A stretch of 64,000 bases of DNA from Octopus sinensis (lineage: Eukaryota). The notes below the pieces were generated by a model, which saw only the letters and a program-made list of their open reading frames with translations, was not told where the DNA came from and made no database searches. This document shows, piece by piece, positions 17,490-29,586 of the stretch (the stretch's first letter is position 1; each line of letters starts with the position of its first letter). The stretch is from NCBI RefSeq assembly GCF_006345805.1, contig NC_042998.1:55304001-55368000 (forward strand), read 5' to 3'. The translations under genes were made by a program, and so were the position numbers.

Positions 17490-18705
17490 CATACTGAGTT
17501 AAGAGGGAGAAAAACAAGGGAGAAATGAAGATAGTAAAAAGAGATTTGGTTTACAATTTCTCTGATTCTCGTGTGGAGGAACTTTTGCTTGTAACGGTGT
17601 GTTTTGGAAACCGGTATATTTATAATTTTTTCCGCGAGCGGATCTGATTTTTGATTCGTTAAAGTACTGGTGACGTCTTGTTTTTCCGGTGGCCAAGTTT
17701 GTCGTTCTGCCTAGTTGGCTTCCCTGTAGGGAACGGTCATCAGCCGTTCCAGTTGGTTGATTTTCTTAAAGGGTCATTTTGTCGTATTTGCTGAAGTTCG
17801 GTTTTGATCGGCGGTAAAATTTCCTTGGTTTAGAGGTAGGTGACGGTAGCAACTAGTGTTTGTAAAATCTAATTTGTCTAGAGATAGGGGACGTCGGCAG
17901 CTGGGGTTTGTATGGTGATTTGGAGTGAAAAACTGTTATTAAAGTTTTTTAAATTGTCTGTTGTTCCTGGGTGTTTTCTTTTCTTTGTGGAGAAATTGAG
18001 TCTTCCTTTTTCTCTTTAGTGCTTTTTCTTCTTTCTAAAGGATATTCAGCTGTGGCTTATTTTTTTTTAATGAGTATACTTTCCTTATTTAAACGGAATT
18101 GGTTTGGAGTGTTTCCAGTACATTGATAGAGAATTGGTATTTCGGGTTTCTGTTTACGGGGCATTGATCTAGGTGTTTGCTTACGGGAATTTTCCTAGTC
18201 GTAGGGTCTCGGATTTGTTGCCTGTGCGCCGTTATTCTGTCCCTCAAGGTCAAACTAGTTTGACCTCTATAGTCTCCACCACACCCTCCGTATTTGAGAA
18301 CATGGATTAAGTGATATTTTTATGGTAAAAGTTTGACCTGACTTAAATTTGTATGTTGAGCCCTCTAAGAGGAAGATGCAAGTTCTACAGTTAGGGTGGT
18401 TTCACTTTTTGACTAATTGGGTTGCATTTTTGGTGAGTAAATTGGCGCTGGTGAGTAACTTTTTTAGAGATTGCAGTTGTCTCTTGCTTTTGATAATCCT
18501 ATGTGTTTCCAGTGCCTTTTTCACTTGCAGGTCCTTCATAAGGAGGGGTATGTTTTGGTGGATGATGTTGTATGCTTCTATGTTCCTCAGATTGTGTGTT
18601 GATACGTAAGATAAAGTTTTAAGTGTCATGGTGTTTTCTTGTTTTTCGTAACTCTTGGATGTTTATCATTTTCGCACATTCTATTCTGTTTTTGATTAGA
18701 CTGGG
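17490..18705 (-). mobile_element. Penelope-like element 3' fragment (linker, GIY-YIG endonuclease, 3' region)
   Basis: Minus translation: STHNLRN...KSKRQLQSLKKLLT...HPNCRTC...LIHVLKYGGCGGDYRGQTSLTLRDRITAHRQQIRD...VSKHLDQC...KPQLNI. Confidence 0.9.
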
Positions 18706-18734
18706 CATATATATATATATTTATATATATATAT

Positions 18735-18765
<31 letters not shown>

Positions 18766-18784
18766 CCTGTGTGTGTATATATAA

Positions 18785-19910
18785 ATTAGAAAACCCCCAC
18801 CTTTTATCAATCCAATAATGAAAAAATTAAATTATACCATTTAGAAAAATTACATCTTATAGAAAGATTACATATACGATAAAACATATACGATAAAACA
18901 TATACCAATGATTAAGTAATGTGCAAAATAATAAATTAAACGTATATATTTGGTAGAATAACTACACGTGTTTCGTGGCTATATTTAAGAAATGATAATA
19001 GTAAAATCACTTCAATTATAAATATAGTCACTCTTCAGGTTAAAGATAAAAGCAATAAAATAATTAATTAGATAAATTTATAAATATACGTATATAATCT
19101 TGTAAAGTACGTAATATTTTAACAAATATATTCTTGTTTAAATGAAAAAAATAGAATAAAAAGGTATGAATATTTATTATATCTATAAAAATAAAATTTT
19201 AACATATATAAGAAAAGAATAATAAACTATAATATATCATTATTATTAGGAAATAAAATACAATTAATTAAAATATTTAAAACAAACAAATAAATATATA
19301 TATAATACAAAATATACATTAAGTGAAAACTATATACTATAATTTAATCTATATACATTAAATTAAATTATTAATTTATTTATTTATTTAATAAACATCT
19401 AAATAAAATCATACTCATTTAGTAATTTATATTAAAAGAATTAATATTAAGTAATATACATAATGCTAGTACAAGATATAAATATTAGAATTAAATATAG
19501 GAAATGGCTCAAATATATACCCTCCTATTATATAAACTAACTATATTATTAATATATATGTAGTATCTATAGATTTAATATTTTACTCAATTATATAGTT
19601 GACCAAAATATCAATTAATATTAAACTTATTTACTTAAATGTAATACTACATAATAAATAGACCACCTAACTATTAAATAATATATTGACTTACACATCT
19701 ATTTCTCAAATTAAATAATATGTAATACGTTAAGTCACATTATAAAAATAATAATAATAAACATAATAAATAAATAGATATTCATATCATAACTAATAAT
19801 TACCAAGAAAGTATATAGAAATTTATATTTTAACAACAATAATAATAATAATCAAACATAATACAATTCAAAAGTTAAATAATATTGTTAAATAAATAAC
19901 GTTACTTAGC
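18785..19910 (-). mobile_element. Very AT-rich element carrying a hammerhead, probably PLE-derived and non-autonomous
   Basis: Abuts (TA)n, has no ORF, contains the HHR at 18959-19042. Confidence 0.5.
18959..19042 (-). ncRNA. Type I hammerhead ribozyme motif, core intact
   Basis: Stem I UAAC/GUUA; CUGAAGA; stem II GUG/CAC plus a further 9 bp; GAAA; palindromic stem III ACACGUGU; GUA triplet. Confidence 0.85.
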
Positions 19911-19984
19911 TTGTCGATGAATATTTCAACGACATTATTAACATTGAAACATTCCGTGTAAATGTGCAATTTGAAGCACGCCTC

Positions 19985-20238
19985 TCTGGTGAGAAATTTG
20001 CCCATGCTCACCAATCTCCTGTCTCCATGCCACCGATGTTATCCAAAACAAAGGCAAAGGCCGATACGATACATCTTGGCACTAGTGACGCCGCAACTCA
20101 TTTGTACAGTCGAGTAAATTGGAGCAACATGAAATAAAGTACTTTGGTCAAGAACACAATGCAGAGTCCTGTCTGGGAATCGAACTCGCACTCCCACATT
20201 TGTAAGCCCGACGTTTTAACCACTGCGACATGCGCCTT
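19985..20238 (-). mobile_element. tRNA-headed CORE-type SINE (family D)
   Basis: Head GGCGCATGTCGCAGTGGTTAAAACG...GAGTTCGATTCCC followed by TGTTCTTGACCAAAGTACTTTATTTCATGTTGCTCCAATTTACTCGACTGTACAAATGAGT, resembling the CORE domain. Confidence 0.75.
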
Positions 20239-20249
20239 TGCTTATATAT

Positions 20250-20290
20250 GTAGTAGTAGTAGTGGTGGTGGTGGTGGTAGTAGTAGTAGT

Positions 20291-20375
<85 letters not shown>

Positions 20376-21311
20376 TGCTGTTTAAAGCCCGTTCACAGTA
20401 TTTGGCTTCATGTATACTTTTGTGTCCGTTAAGTTTATAAAAATATAAGAGAAACAAAATGGAATTCACGAAACTCTTTGATAAGAACAACTACGATCGT
20501 TTCAACCCATCACGCACCGGTACCTTGCTGCTGAGATGCTGTACAAACAATTTTGCTGCAACGTAGGTATAAATACGTTTTCTCGAAAAGTACCTCGTTT
20601 TTTTATTTGCCGTTTCGCTTATTTCAATATCAGTTCATTTTGGTAAATGTCCATACGAACAACCGTCTAACTTCTTCGTCTTAAACAGTCATGCAGCTGT
20701 TGTCTTAGGTTTACGAATACGCCGAGATCATGCAGTTTATGAAATATCTTTCCTTAACCGACTTTGTAGAAGAAAAATGCCGTTATGATATCAAGGAATA
20801 CCACATTCACATTTTAATATATGACTTGAAGCTAATCTGATGAAATGCTTCTCAGATATAATTAAATAATTAATAATCAACCGCACATATTGCGTAGATT
20901 TTCACACGGAAGCATTTGATTGCAACGTGGTGGTAAGTAACGGAGAGGTACACAAACAATTATAATTAATAATTAAGTTGTGCTACATTCATGCTTCGTC
21001 TTCCTACATGTATTGTGTATGTGTGAATGTTATATATAATATTGGTAAAAACGGTAAGATAACAAAAGATATGTATATATATATATGTATATATATACAC
21101 ACACACACGCACACACACACATATATATATATATATATACATATATACATATACATGTGTATGTATATTTGTCTATGTGTTCAAGTGCATGTAAGTATTA
21201 TGTATATATGTATAGAGACAAACACACACATAGACAGACAGACACACACACAGATAGACACACAGAAAGACACACACACAGACACACACACAGACAGACA
21301 GACAGACAGAC

Positions 21312-21359
<48 letters not shown>

Positions 21360-21360
21360 G

Positions 21361-21428
<68 letters not shown>

Positions 21429-21836
21429 TGAGTTGCTGTAACTGTACACAACACACCCATCATAGACGGCACCCCCTAAACTTTCCTTCCACCTACAAGG
21501 TTTACAACAAAATACCATATCCACCATTTTGTTTGTGGACCTCTTCTACTTCTGCTACACTGAACCATGTAACACGTCGACCAAGCCACCACGCATATTT
21601 TCACATTCTTACTATACCACAACCATGTATGCTTGGCATTAAAAATTTATCATACCATCCCTACTGTGGACGGCACCAATCCCTGCCTACAAATTTCTGA
21701 CCGGATCAAGCGGCAGACGTCCAACTAGAACGTGAACCACATCGATCTCAGCTGCCTGGTGCGTCTGAAAATGTCATGCCTGACACTCTTGCTCTTTCAC
21801 GAATATAAATAAATATGTGCGTGGATGTGTATGTGT

Positions 21837-21876
<40 letters not shown>

Positions 21877-22140
21877 CGTGCGAGTGAGTGGGTGTGTGTG
21901 TGTGTTTGTGTGTGTGTATATGTGTGTTTATGTATGTCTGTGTATGCAGACACACACAAATACACATTTATATGTGTGCGTGTGTGCATGTGTATGTGAA
22001 AGCGGGATTACGTATATAGGTATATATATATATAATATACGATAATACACACATACACACATATACATACATTCATTCATACATACACACATACATACAT
22101 ACATACATACATACATACATACATACATACATACACATAT
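20250..22140. repeat. Microsatellite fields: (GGT)/(AGT)/(ATT), (CA), (GACA), (GATA), (TG), (CATA)
   Basis: Directly visible. Confidence 0.9.
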
Positions 22141-22868
22141 GTGCATAAATGGCGAGTTATATTTTCTGACTATCTATTTAATTACAGATCTATCTATTTA
22201 CCAAAATTAGCTATTTACCTCTCCAACTAAATCTATCGATTAATTTCTATATTTCTCTATCATCACTCTATCTCGCCACTTAGTAAATTTGTATGTCCAA
22301 ATAAATGTTGTAACTGTTATGTGCATATGTGTTTGTAAATGGTGAAGTGCTTTTTAACCGGAGGGGCTGGTCACATTTCAAATAATTACTGTGATCGTCA
22401 TATTTAATTAACTCCATCAAAACCAGTCATTAAAGGCAATTATCAGACTGTTTAAATCTGTTCAACAAAAGCCATAATCACTCTAGCAAGAACTCTTTTA
22501 ATTAAAGTAATTATCGATCTGGTTAAAGGCCATTTTCATAAATGTAATTTGTCAAAACTATCATATTCCATTCAAATTTATGAGGACCTAACGGGCTGAT
22601 TTTACCAAAATTGGTTGTCATTGTTTATCCCCAGGTCAGTGTTGACCGAACAGACTCAACAGACTCTTGGTCAGAGGCGTTGAAGCTGCGATTGTTTCCG
22701 TCCATCGATTTTCTCCGCCCTCTATTCCTGTCATTTTGAAAGATTTGCTGAAGTTGGCACCGCGCCAAGAGAAGGTCCCGCATACATACTCAAGCGGAGG
22801 GCGGTATGATGAATTTTTAGCATATCACTATAGATAAAGGTGGAGACTCAAGCCCTGAACGCCTTTTG

Positions 22869-22939
22869 GCTGAGATTGAGATACTACACGAAGCATAAAA
22901 CATCGATCTTTATGCTTCGTGTAGTATCTCAGTCTCAGC
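22869..22939. repeat. Near-perfect hairpin: 31-bp stem, 9-nt loop
   Basis: GCTGAGATTGAGATACTACACGAAGCATAAA / TTTATGCTTCGTGTAGTATCTCAGTCTCAGC; only one non-Watson-Crick pair (G-U on the + strand). Confidence 0.95.
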
Positions 22940-23221
22940 TTCTTTGAGTAGAGGGCCTCACTGATAATTCTCTAATTGGGCAGGTACTTCCTAGCGCTGG
23001 CCCTGTCATAGAGTATTATGAGGGTGGAGTTCTCAAGCACCTCTTCCACTGAGTCCTATCAGAAATTGAATTGGAATGTCACAAAGAGCAGAAACTAGTA
23101 GAACAGCTCAAATGCTACTGGCTAGATTTAATTGGTCTCTTCTACAATGTTCCGTGTACATTTGGATAGAGGGGGGGGACCCCACTATTCAGAGGGGGTA
23201 CCAACTATGTCTCTGACTATT

Positions 23222-23252
<31 letters not shown>

Positions 23253-23288
<36 letters not shown>

Positions 23289-25416
23289 CAGAGAGATTCT
23301 GTCCGTTTGTTTGTTTATTTGTCCAGCAAAATGAAACCAAATGGTTCAAGGGAAGCTATTATGCTATTGCCTAATTTGTCTCAACAAAAATTATGCAATG
23401 GCACAACACTAATTGCGCACAAACTTATGAGGAACTGCATTGAGAAAAATATTCTCACTGGTTGTGGTAAAGGTAACACCGTTTTTATTCCTCGCATACC
23501 AATTATACCATGTAATGTCCCATTCTAATTTAAGCGGTTACAGTTTCCTATCCGAGTTTCTTTTGTTATGAGCATTAATAATAGTCAGAGTCAAATACTA
23601 AAAGTTGCTGGATTGTAACTTGAAGAACCATGCTTTTCACATGGCCAACTTTATGTAGGACTTAAATGCAATGCGGCTTTGATTGAAATAGAAGATCAAA
23701 TTATTTCGATGGGAGGTGAACCTATGGAAAATTTAGGTCTCCCACTAACTAATAGAGGGAATCTTAACAGTCTTCAGGGAAATTTCCTGATATGGAGGAA
23801 CTGACCATGGACATAAATGGTAATCTTCCCAAGCTTCTACCTGATCAACGTCGTGCATATTCCACTGTCATAGAAAGCATTAACAGTAACATACGGGGAC
23901 TTTATTTCTTAGACGCTTCAGGAGGTATTCTGTAATAGGTAAACTAATGCAAAGATGTCAATTGTCGGGGACGAATGAACCATGCCCCACAAAAAAGCTT
24001 TTGGTGCTGTGGACAGAACATTACGAGACATTAGCAATTGTAACACAATGATGGGAAATGTCACAGTATTATTGTCAGGAGACTTCCGACAAGCACAACC
24101 AGTTATTCCAAGAAGAACAAAAGTGGATGAGCTCAATGCCTCAATAAAATCTGTATTATGGCATCATGTGAAAACACCTCAACTTTCGACAAATATGAGA
24201 TCTAGATTTTCAAGAGATCAATCAGCTAAACTATTTGCAAAGCAGATTTTGAAACTCGGTCAAGGGAGAGTTCCAATTGATAAAGAACAGTTTCTTACTC
24301 TCAATTCAATATGTAATTCAACTGATTCCATCGATGATTTGGTGGATGAAATCTTTCCTAATCTTCTTCACAATTACAATAATACAGAATGGATCTGTGA
24401 GCGAGCTATCCTGGCTCCAAAAAAAGTTTTTATACATAGAAATATTCACTTATAACTCAATTAACAGTGTTGTTGATTATCAGGATATTGTTAACCACCA
24501 CATCGAATTTTTGAACTCACTACAACCACCAGGTACAGCTCCTCATTGTCTACAGCTGAAAAGAGGAATCCTATTATGCTATTGCGCAATTTTTCTCAAC
24601 CAAAATTCTGCAATGGCACAACACTAATTATGCACAAACTTATAACGAACTTGCACTGAGGCAAATATTCTCACTGGTTGTGGTAGAGATGAGAATGCCT
24701 TCACTCCTCGCATACCAGTTATACCATCTAATGTCCCATTCCAATTTAAGCAGTTAAAGTTTCCTGTCCGAGTTTCTTTTACCATGAGAATTAATAAAAG
24801 TCAGGGCCAAACACTAAAAGTTGCTGGATTGTAACTTGAAGAACCATGCTTTGCACATAGCCAATTTTGTGTAGAAGTATCATGTGTGGAGACAAAAGCA
24901 AATCTTTTTGCTTATGCACGCCGAAAATAAAACAAGAAACATTGTTTATAAAGAACTATTCACTCTTAATGCAACATGAATACTTCAATAACTTGATTTG
25001 CCATTACTATCATTACATTCAAGAATGAGTAAATTACCTATTTAAATTAAGTGTATAATATAATTGCCATCACTGAATTCATAAATATAACACATACAAC
25101 TCACTTATTATTGTCATAGAATAAACAAACAGAAGTTCATGTATGAAGTTGATCTTTCTTCTACTTCAATTATTATATGAGATCGAGGCTTTCAAGAAGT
25201 GAATAAACCGAACTATTTGCGGAGCAGCTTTGAAACTCGGTGAAGGAAGACTTCAAATTGATGAAGAACAGTTTCTTACATTTAATCCAATATGTAATTC
25301 AACTGATTCCGTCGATGATTTGGAGGATGAAACCTTTCTATATAATCATACTTTGAATGTGGTTTCTGAGAAACAGTAAAAGTAATTACCCGATCAACGA
25401 CGGGTATTACTGCTAA
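23253..25416 (+). mobile_element. Non-autonomous, rearranged Helitron with PIF1-like helicase remnants
   Basis: LYFLDASGG, LSGDFRQ..PV, LSTNMR, ERAILAP, EFLNSLQPPG, LCNGT, FPVRVSFTMRINKSQGQTL, CFSHGQLYV; 3' hairpin TACCCG/CGGGTA then CTAA|T; the 5' TC start inside (TC)(TA) repeats is approximate. Confidence 0.9.
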
Positions 25417-26127
25417 TATTTTTATATATCATTATTCTATGTGTCCAAATGTAAAGCTGTATGTTGTAACATGATTGAAATTTGACAATTATTTCTAGCA
25501 GGCTGAACGACTGCTTAGAGACACCCTAGATTTTTGAACGTTGGTATGGTGTGTGCCTTTGGACAATGTGTATTTATTTCACCACCACCAGAGGTAAATA
25601 CAGTACTCAGTACAGCGTGTGAAGAAGTGGTTAAGAAAATGAAAAGATGTTAGTGTCACATATGTCAAGCATACTGTGTTATTTGATTGGCAGAAATACC
25701 AATATGCACGGAAACGAAAGGGCAACTTGCTTTGTACTATTCAGTAATTACTGCTGGCTGTTTATTATTTCGGAGATGCTCATATTGCAAACAGATAAAT
25801 ACTTTCTCCTCTAAGAATACCCGAGATAAATCTGTTCAGTAATAGCTTTAGAAATACTATAACACCGATTATAATATTTCGAGATTCATTAGGAACTTAT
25901 TTACTACTTATATTTCATGATAATAATGTTGGTCGGGCCTAGATGAAAAAATCTTTTTGAAACAGAAGATTTTAAAATTATGATTGAATAAAGACGAAAA
26001 ATTATGCGTAACAACGAGTTATCAGATAAAATAATGAATAAAAATAAACTACTTTATATTGAAAGGGAAAAAATGATTTAAAGATATGTCAATGGAACAT
26101 TTGAGTAGTATCCGGTTTAAAATTTTT

Positions 26128-26260
26128 GGTTAAGAAGTTCGCTTCGCAACCACTTAACTCATGGTTCAGTCCCTTTCCGCGGCACCTTGGGCATGTGTAA
26201 CTACGGGTTGACAAGTGCCTTGTGTTGTGAGTGAATTTCGACGTGTGACACCGTGAAGTT
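26128..26260 (+). mobile_element. SINE family B head (degenerate)
   Basis: GGTTAAGAAGTTCGCTTCGCAACCAC...GGTTCAGTCCC...GGCACCTTGGGCA. Confidence 0.65.
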
Positions 26261-26744
26261 CGACAAGTTTTTGTTTTTTTTGCTCTCTCCGCCTTTTTCT
26301 CCGTTTTCTTTTCTCATTTCTTTCTATCCAAGAGTGTAGGCTCGAAAATCTCACTTTTTCATTTTTTCCGAGCATCAAACTAATACAATCAACTAATACA
26401 GAGAAAAACAAAGAGAGAGAGAGAGAAAGGGAGATGTACCCTTGATGTTCTAGTCATCTGATGAGTTAGCTTTCTTTATTTGTATTAATTTATGAATATA
26501 AAATTGTACTGTATAATGCTGAGCATACATATTGATGTAATGTTTAATTATACAAACTGAAATTAATAATACTACACCATGAAAATTACGAAACGGCTGT
26601 AATCATATGGAAAAATTAAATCTATATCTTTGTTACTTGATTGTACTGTGACAACGCCATAAACTGCAGTTAAGTTGAACGTATAAATTAATATATGTTA
26701 GAAAGTCTGTTGCCATGGCTAATAACTAATTTAAGCAAGTGGGC

Positions 26745-27060
26745 CAAAATTTATACAAGTGGGCCAAACATGCAGTTTAATGCTGGAAAAATTTCAAGCA
26801 CTGCACTATCAACTCACTAATGCACTACAGCCTGAATATATAGAATCCGAAGTCATTACAATCCCAGAGTCACAGGCAGATAAAGACTTGGGAATTAGTA
26901 TGTGTAATGACGCATCATTTTATATGCTAGCCCTGTGGGGAACCTTTGTTTTCAGCCGCCTGGACTACTGTTCCCACCAGTTATGGTCACCACATAGTGC
27001 CAAACTAACAGCGGAGCTTGAAGCAGCCCAATGAAACAAGACATCCTTCTCCCCACAATA
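26745..27060 (+). mobile_element. CR1/L2-group LINE fragment (post-RT region)
   Basis: MQFNAGKFQALHY...KDLGISM...SRLDYCSHQLWSPHSAKLTAELEAAQ. Confidence 0.8.
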
Positions 27061-27276
27061 GTGGATGAACCAGTATGAACCCGACATGAGGTACAGGTGA
27101 GGGCAGCAGAATCAAACTCCCTTATACACTAAATGGGCCAACAACTGGAATAAAGGCACATACAGGTGTGGTGATGTGAAACGCCCGAGACTGAGGAAAT
27201 CAGAAAGACCATTGTAGTGCTCCAACATGACCGAAGCCGCATGGCTGAAACAATCAAAAGTGTGTATCACTTTGTT

Positions 27277-27403
<127 letters not shown>

Positions 27404-27569
27404 AATATATATATATACATATATATACATGTTTGTATGTATATGTATATATATGTATATACATATTATGTATTATGTATATGTATATACACACATACAT
27501 AAACATACATATATATGTGAGTGACCGAGTGTGTGTGCGTGTGTGTGTATGCATGTATGTACGTACGTA

Positions 27570-27952
27570 GTGGAGGCGCAATGGCCCAGTGGTTAGGGCA
27601 GCGGACTCGCGGTCATAGGATCGCGGTTTCGATTCCCAGACCGGGCGTTGTGAGTGTTTATTGAGCGAAAACACCTAAAGCTCCACGAGGCTCCGGCAGG
27701 GGATGGTGGTGATCCCTGCTGTACTCTTTCACCACAACTTTCTCTCACTCTTACTTCCTGTTTCTGTTGTACCTTGTATTTCAAAGGGCCGGCCTTGTCA
27801 CTCTCTGTGTCACGCTGAATATCCCCGAGAACTACGTTAAGGGTACACGTGTCTGTGGAGTGCCCAGCCACTTACACGTTAATTTCACGAGCAGGCTGTT
27901 CCGTTGATTCGGATCAACCGGAACCCTCGTCGTCGTAACCGACGGAGTGCTT
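27570..27952 (+). mobile_element. SINE family C, apparently full length (~380 bp)
   Basis: Box A/B head, shared body, 3' stem-loop TTCCGTTGAT/ATCAACCGGAA. Confidence 0.9.
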
Positions 27953-28084
27953 CTATATCTATGTACGTACGTAAGTATATGTGTGCGCATGTTTGTATGT
28001 TTGTTTTTCTCCCCACCATTACAACGCTTACAAGCTTGTTCACGTCCATATAAGATTCCTTTGTTAACATTTATCTGCAATAAA

Positions 28085-28310
28085 TTGGTTATACAGAAAA
28101 AATGTTTCGTTGTTTCCGCTGACATCGTCTGTACCTCGTGTCGAGCTGTTGGTTCATTCGGTATTGTGGAGAGGAGGATGTCCAGTTGCAATTTCTAATC
28201 ATCGAATGGCTACGAGGGTCCATCCGTGTGGAAGAGGAATCACATCGGGTACGTAGGTAACAAAATGGTCTAGCACCACCGGATGAAATACCTACACTGC
28301 GGTGCCCAAG
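28085..28310 (-). mobile_element. CR1/L2-group LINE extreme 3' fragment
   Basis: Minus frame ...KLQLDILLSTIPNEPTARHEVQ resembles the ORF2 C-terminus 'FKxxLDxxLxxIPDEP'. Confidence 0.6.
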
Positions 28311-29014
28311 CATAGCCCAAGCATAGCCCAAGACCAATGTCTGAAACAAAGATATTCTATAGATTCAGTGCTAACATTCAAATAAAATTAGAGAAATGCA
28401 ATTATCAGTGGTTTCAAAGCAATTCCGAACAGAAAAGTTTAAACAACAGAAATAGGACAATAGTTTCTCTCAGTGCATTCCAGGTATTTTCTGACCCCTT
28501 TGATTGTGTAATCAAATTTGATGGTCATTCCTGTAATGACATTAATTATCCAACAAGAAATAGAACTGATATTTTCTGCTTCTAAAATACTGTTTCAGTA
28601 TCTCATGTAAAGAGATATTTGGTGAAAATGTGAACAAAAAAAGAAAAAAATTAAGAAAATCTGAAAATTTGTCTAGTGGGGTTTTTTTCTTAGCCGTAAG
28701 ATAAAACCATTTTCTGCGATTAACGCTAATAATAAATTGAGTGGAAAAATTCGCTTTCCGGGTTCAGCGGGTTAAAGATTACTTTTAGATCGGTGTTGTC
28801 CTTAGCCTTAGGTTATTTCTAACCGAGCAACCTATGGTTAAAGGCATTTCTGCCAGTATCATCCAAGATTTTTATAAGTTTCTAGGACTATATTGTTCAA
28901 TGTGTTCCTTTTCTTTTTCAAGATGATATGTGGTGAAGTAATAATGATTTGGTTGCCTTTTATATCATAACGAGCAGCTAGAGACACTTTCTATGGTCGG
29001 TCTACTGTTTAGCT

Positions 29015-29167
29015 CAGGCATGGTCAATCATTTTCGAAAAGTGGGTCACGTGAGACATGGAACATCATCATCATCATCAGGCGGGCCGCACTACTTAAAA
29101 AGGTGAAGGTAATTTTTGTTAGGCATGCCATTCAGAAACTCTCCGGGCTGCAGGTTGCCCATGACTG
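29015..29167. mobile_element. hAT-type MITE (153 bp)
   Basis: TIRs CAGGCATGGTCAATC / reverse complement CAGTCATGGGCAACC (12/15); flanking 8-mers GTTTAGCT and GTTTAACT (7/8) fit an 8-bp TSD. Confidence 0.8.
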
Positions 29168-29204
29168 GTTTAACTGTTTTACTTGGGATGTTCGAAGAGT
29201 TTTT

Positions 29205-29445
29205 ACATATTGTTTTTCATTTGTTTCAGTCACTGGACTAGGTCCACGCAGGGGTACAGCTATGAAGGGTTTAGTGGAACAAATGGACAAACGTACTTAT
29301 TTTTGTTTTCGAATCCTAGTATTTATTCTGTCGATGTCTTTTGCTCAACCGTTAAGTTACGGAGACGCAAGCAAAACTGCACCGGTGGTGAAGCAGCAGT
29401 GAGGGACAAACACATAAACACAAAGACAAAGAAACACACACACAC
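29205..29445 (-). mobile_element. SINE family B 3' part (degenerate)
   Basis: Similar to the tail of the 47845-48245 copy. Confidence 0.6.
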
Positions 29446-29483
29446 ATAATAATGATAATAATAATAATAATAATATAATAATA

Positions 29484-29586
<103 letters not shown>

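Noticed and set aside
17720-17760. CTGATGA on the minus strand in the PLE 3' region, plus GAAACCGGTA at ~17608 on the plus strand
   Set aside because: Neither half can be completed into a hammerhead on one strand
18785-19910. Possible NUMT of the mitochondrial control region
   Set aside because: No mitochondrial tRNA, rRNA or gene flanks seen; a PLE-type hammerhead and a (TA)n junction fit a nuclear repeat better (BLAST not run)
20480-20530. GAAACGATCGTA palindrome on the minus strand and short ORF MEFTKLFDKNNYDRF on the plus strand
   Set aside because: No catalytic core upstream; the ORF is only 35 aa with no recognisable homology
21420-21780. GC-richer island between microsatellites
   Set aside because: No frame gave a recognisable protein or repeat motif
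26525-26610. Hammerhead-like GTAAT/ATTAC-GAAACGGCTGTA
   Set aside because: The CUGANGA core is missing; at best a decayed relic
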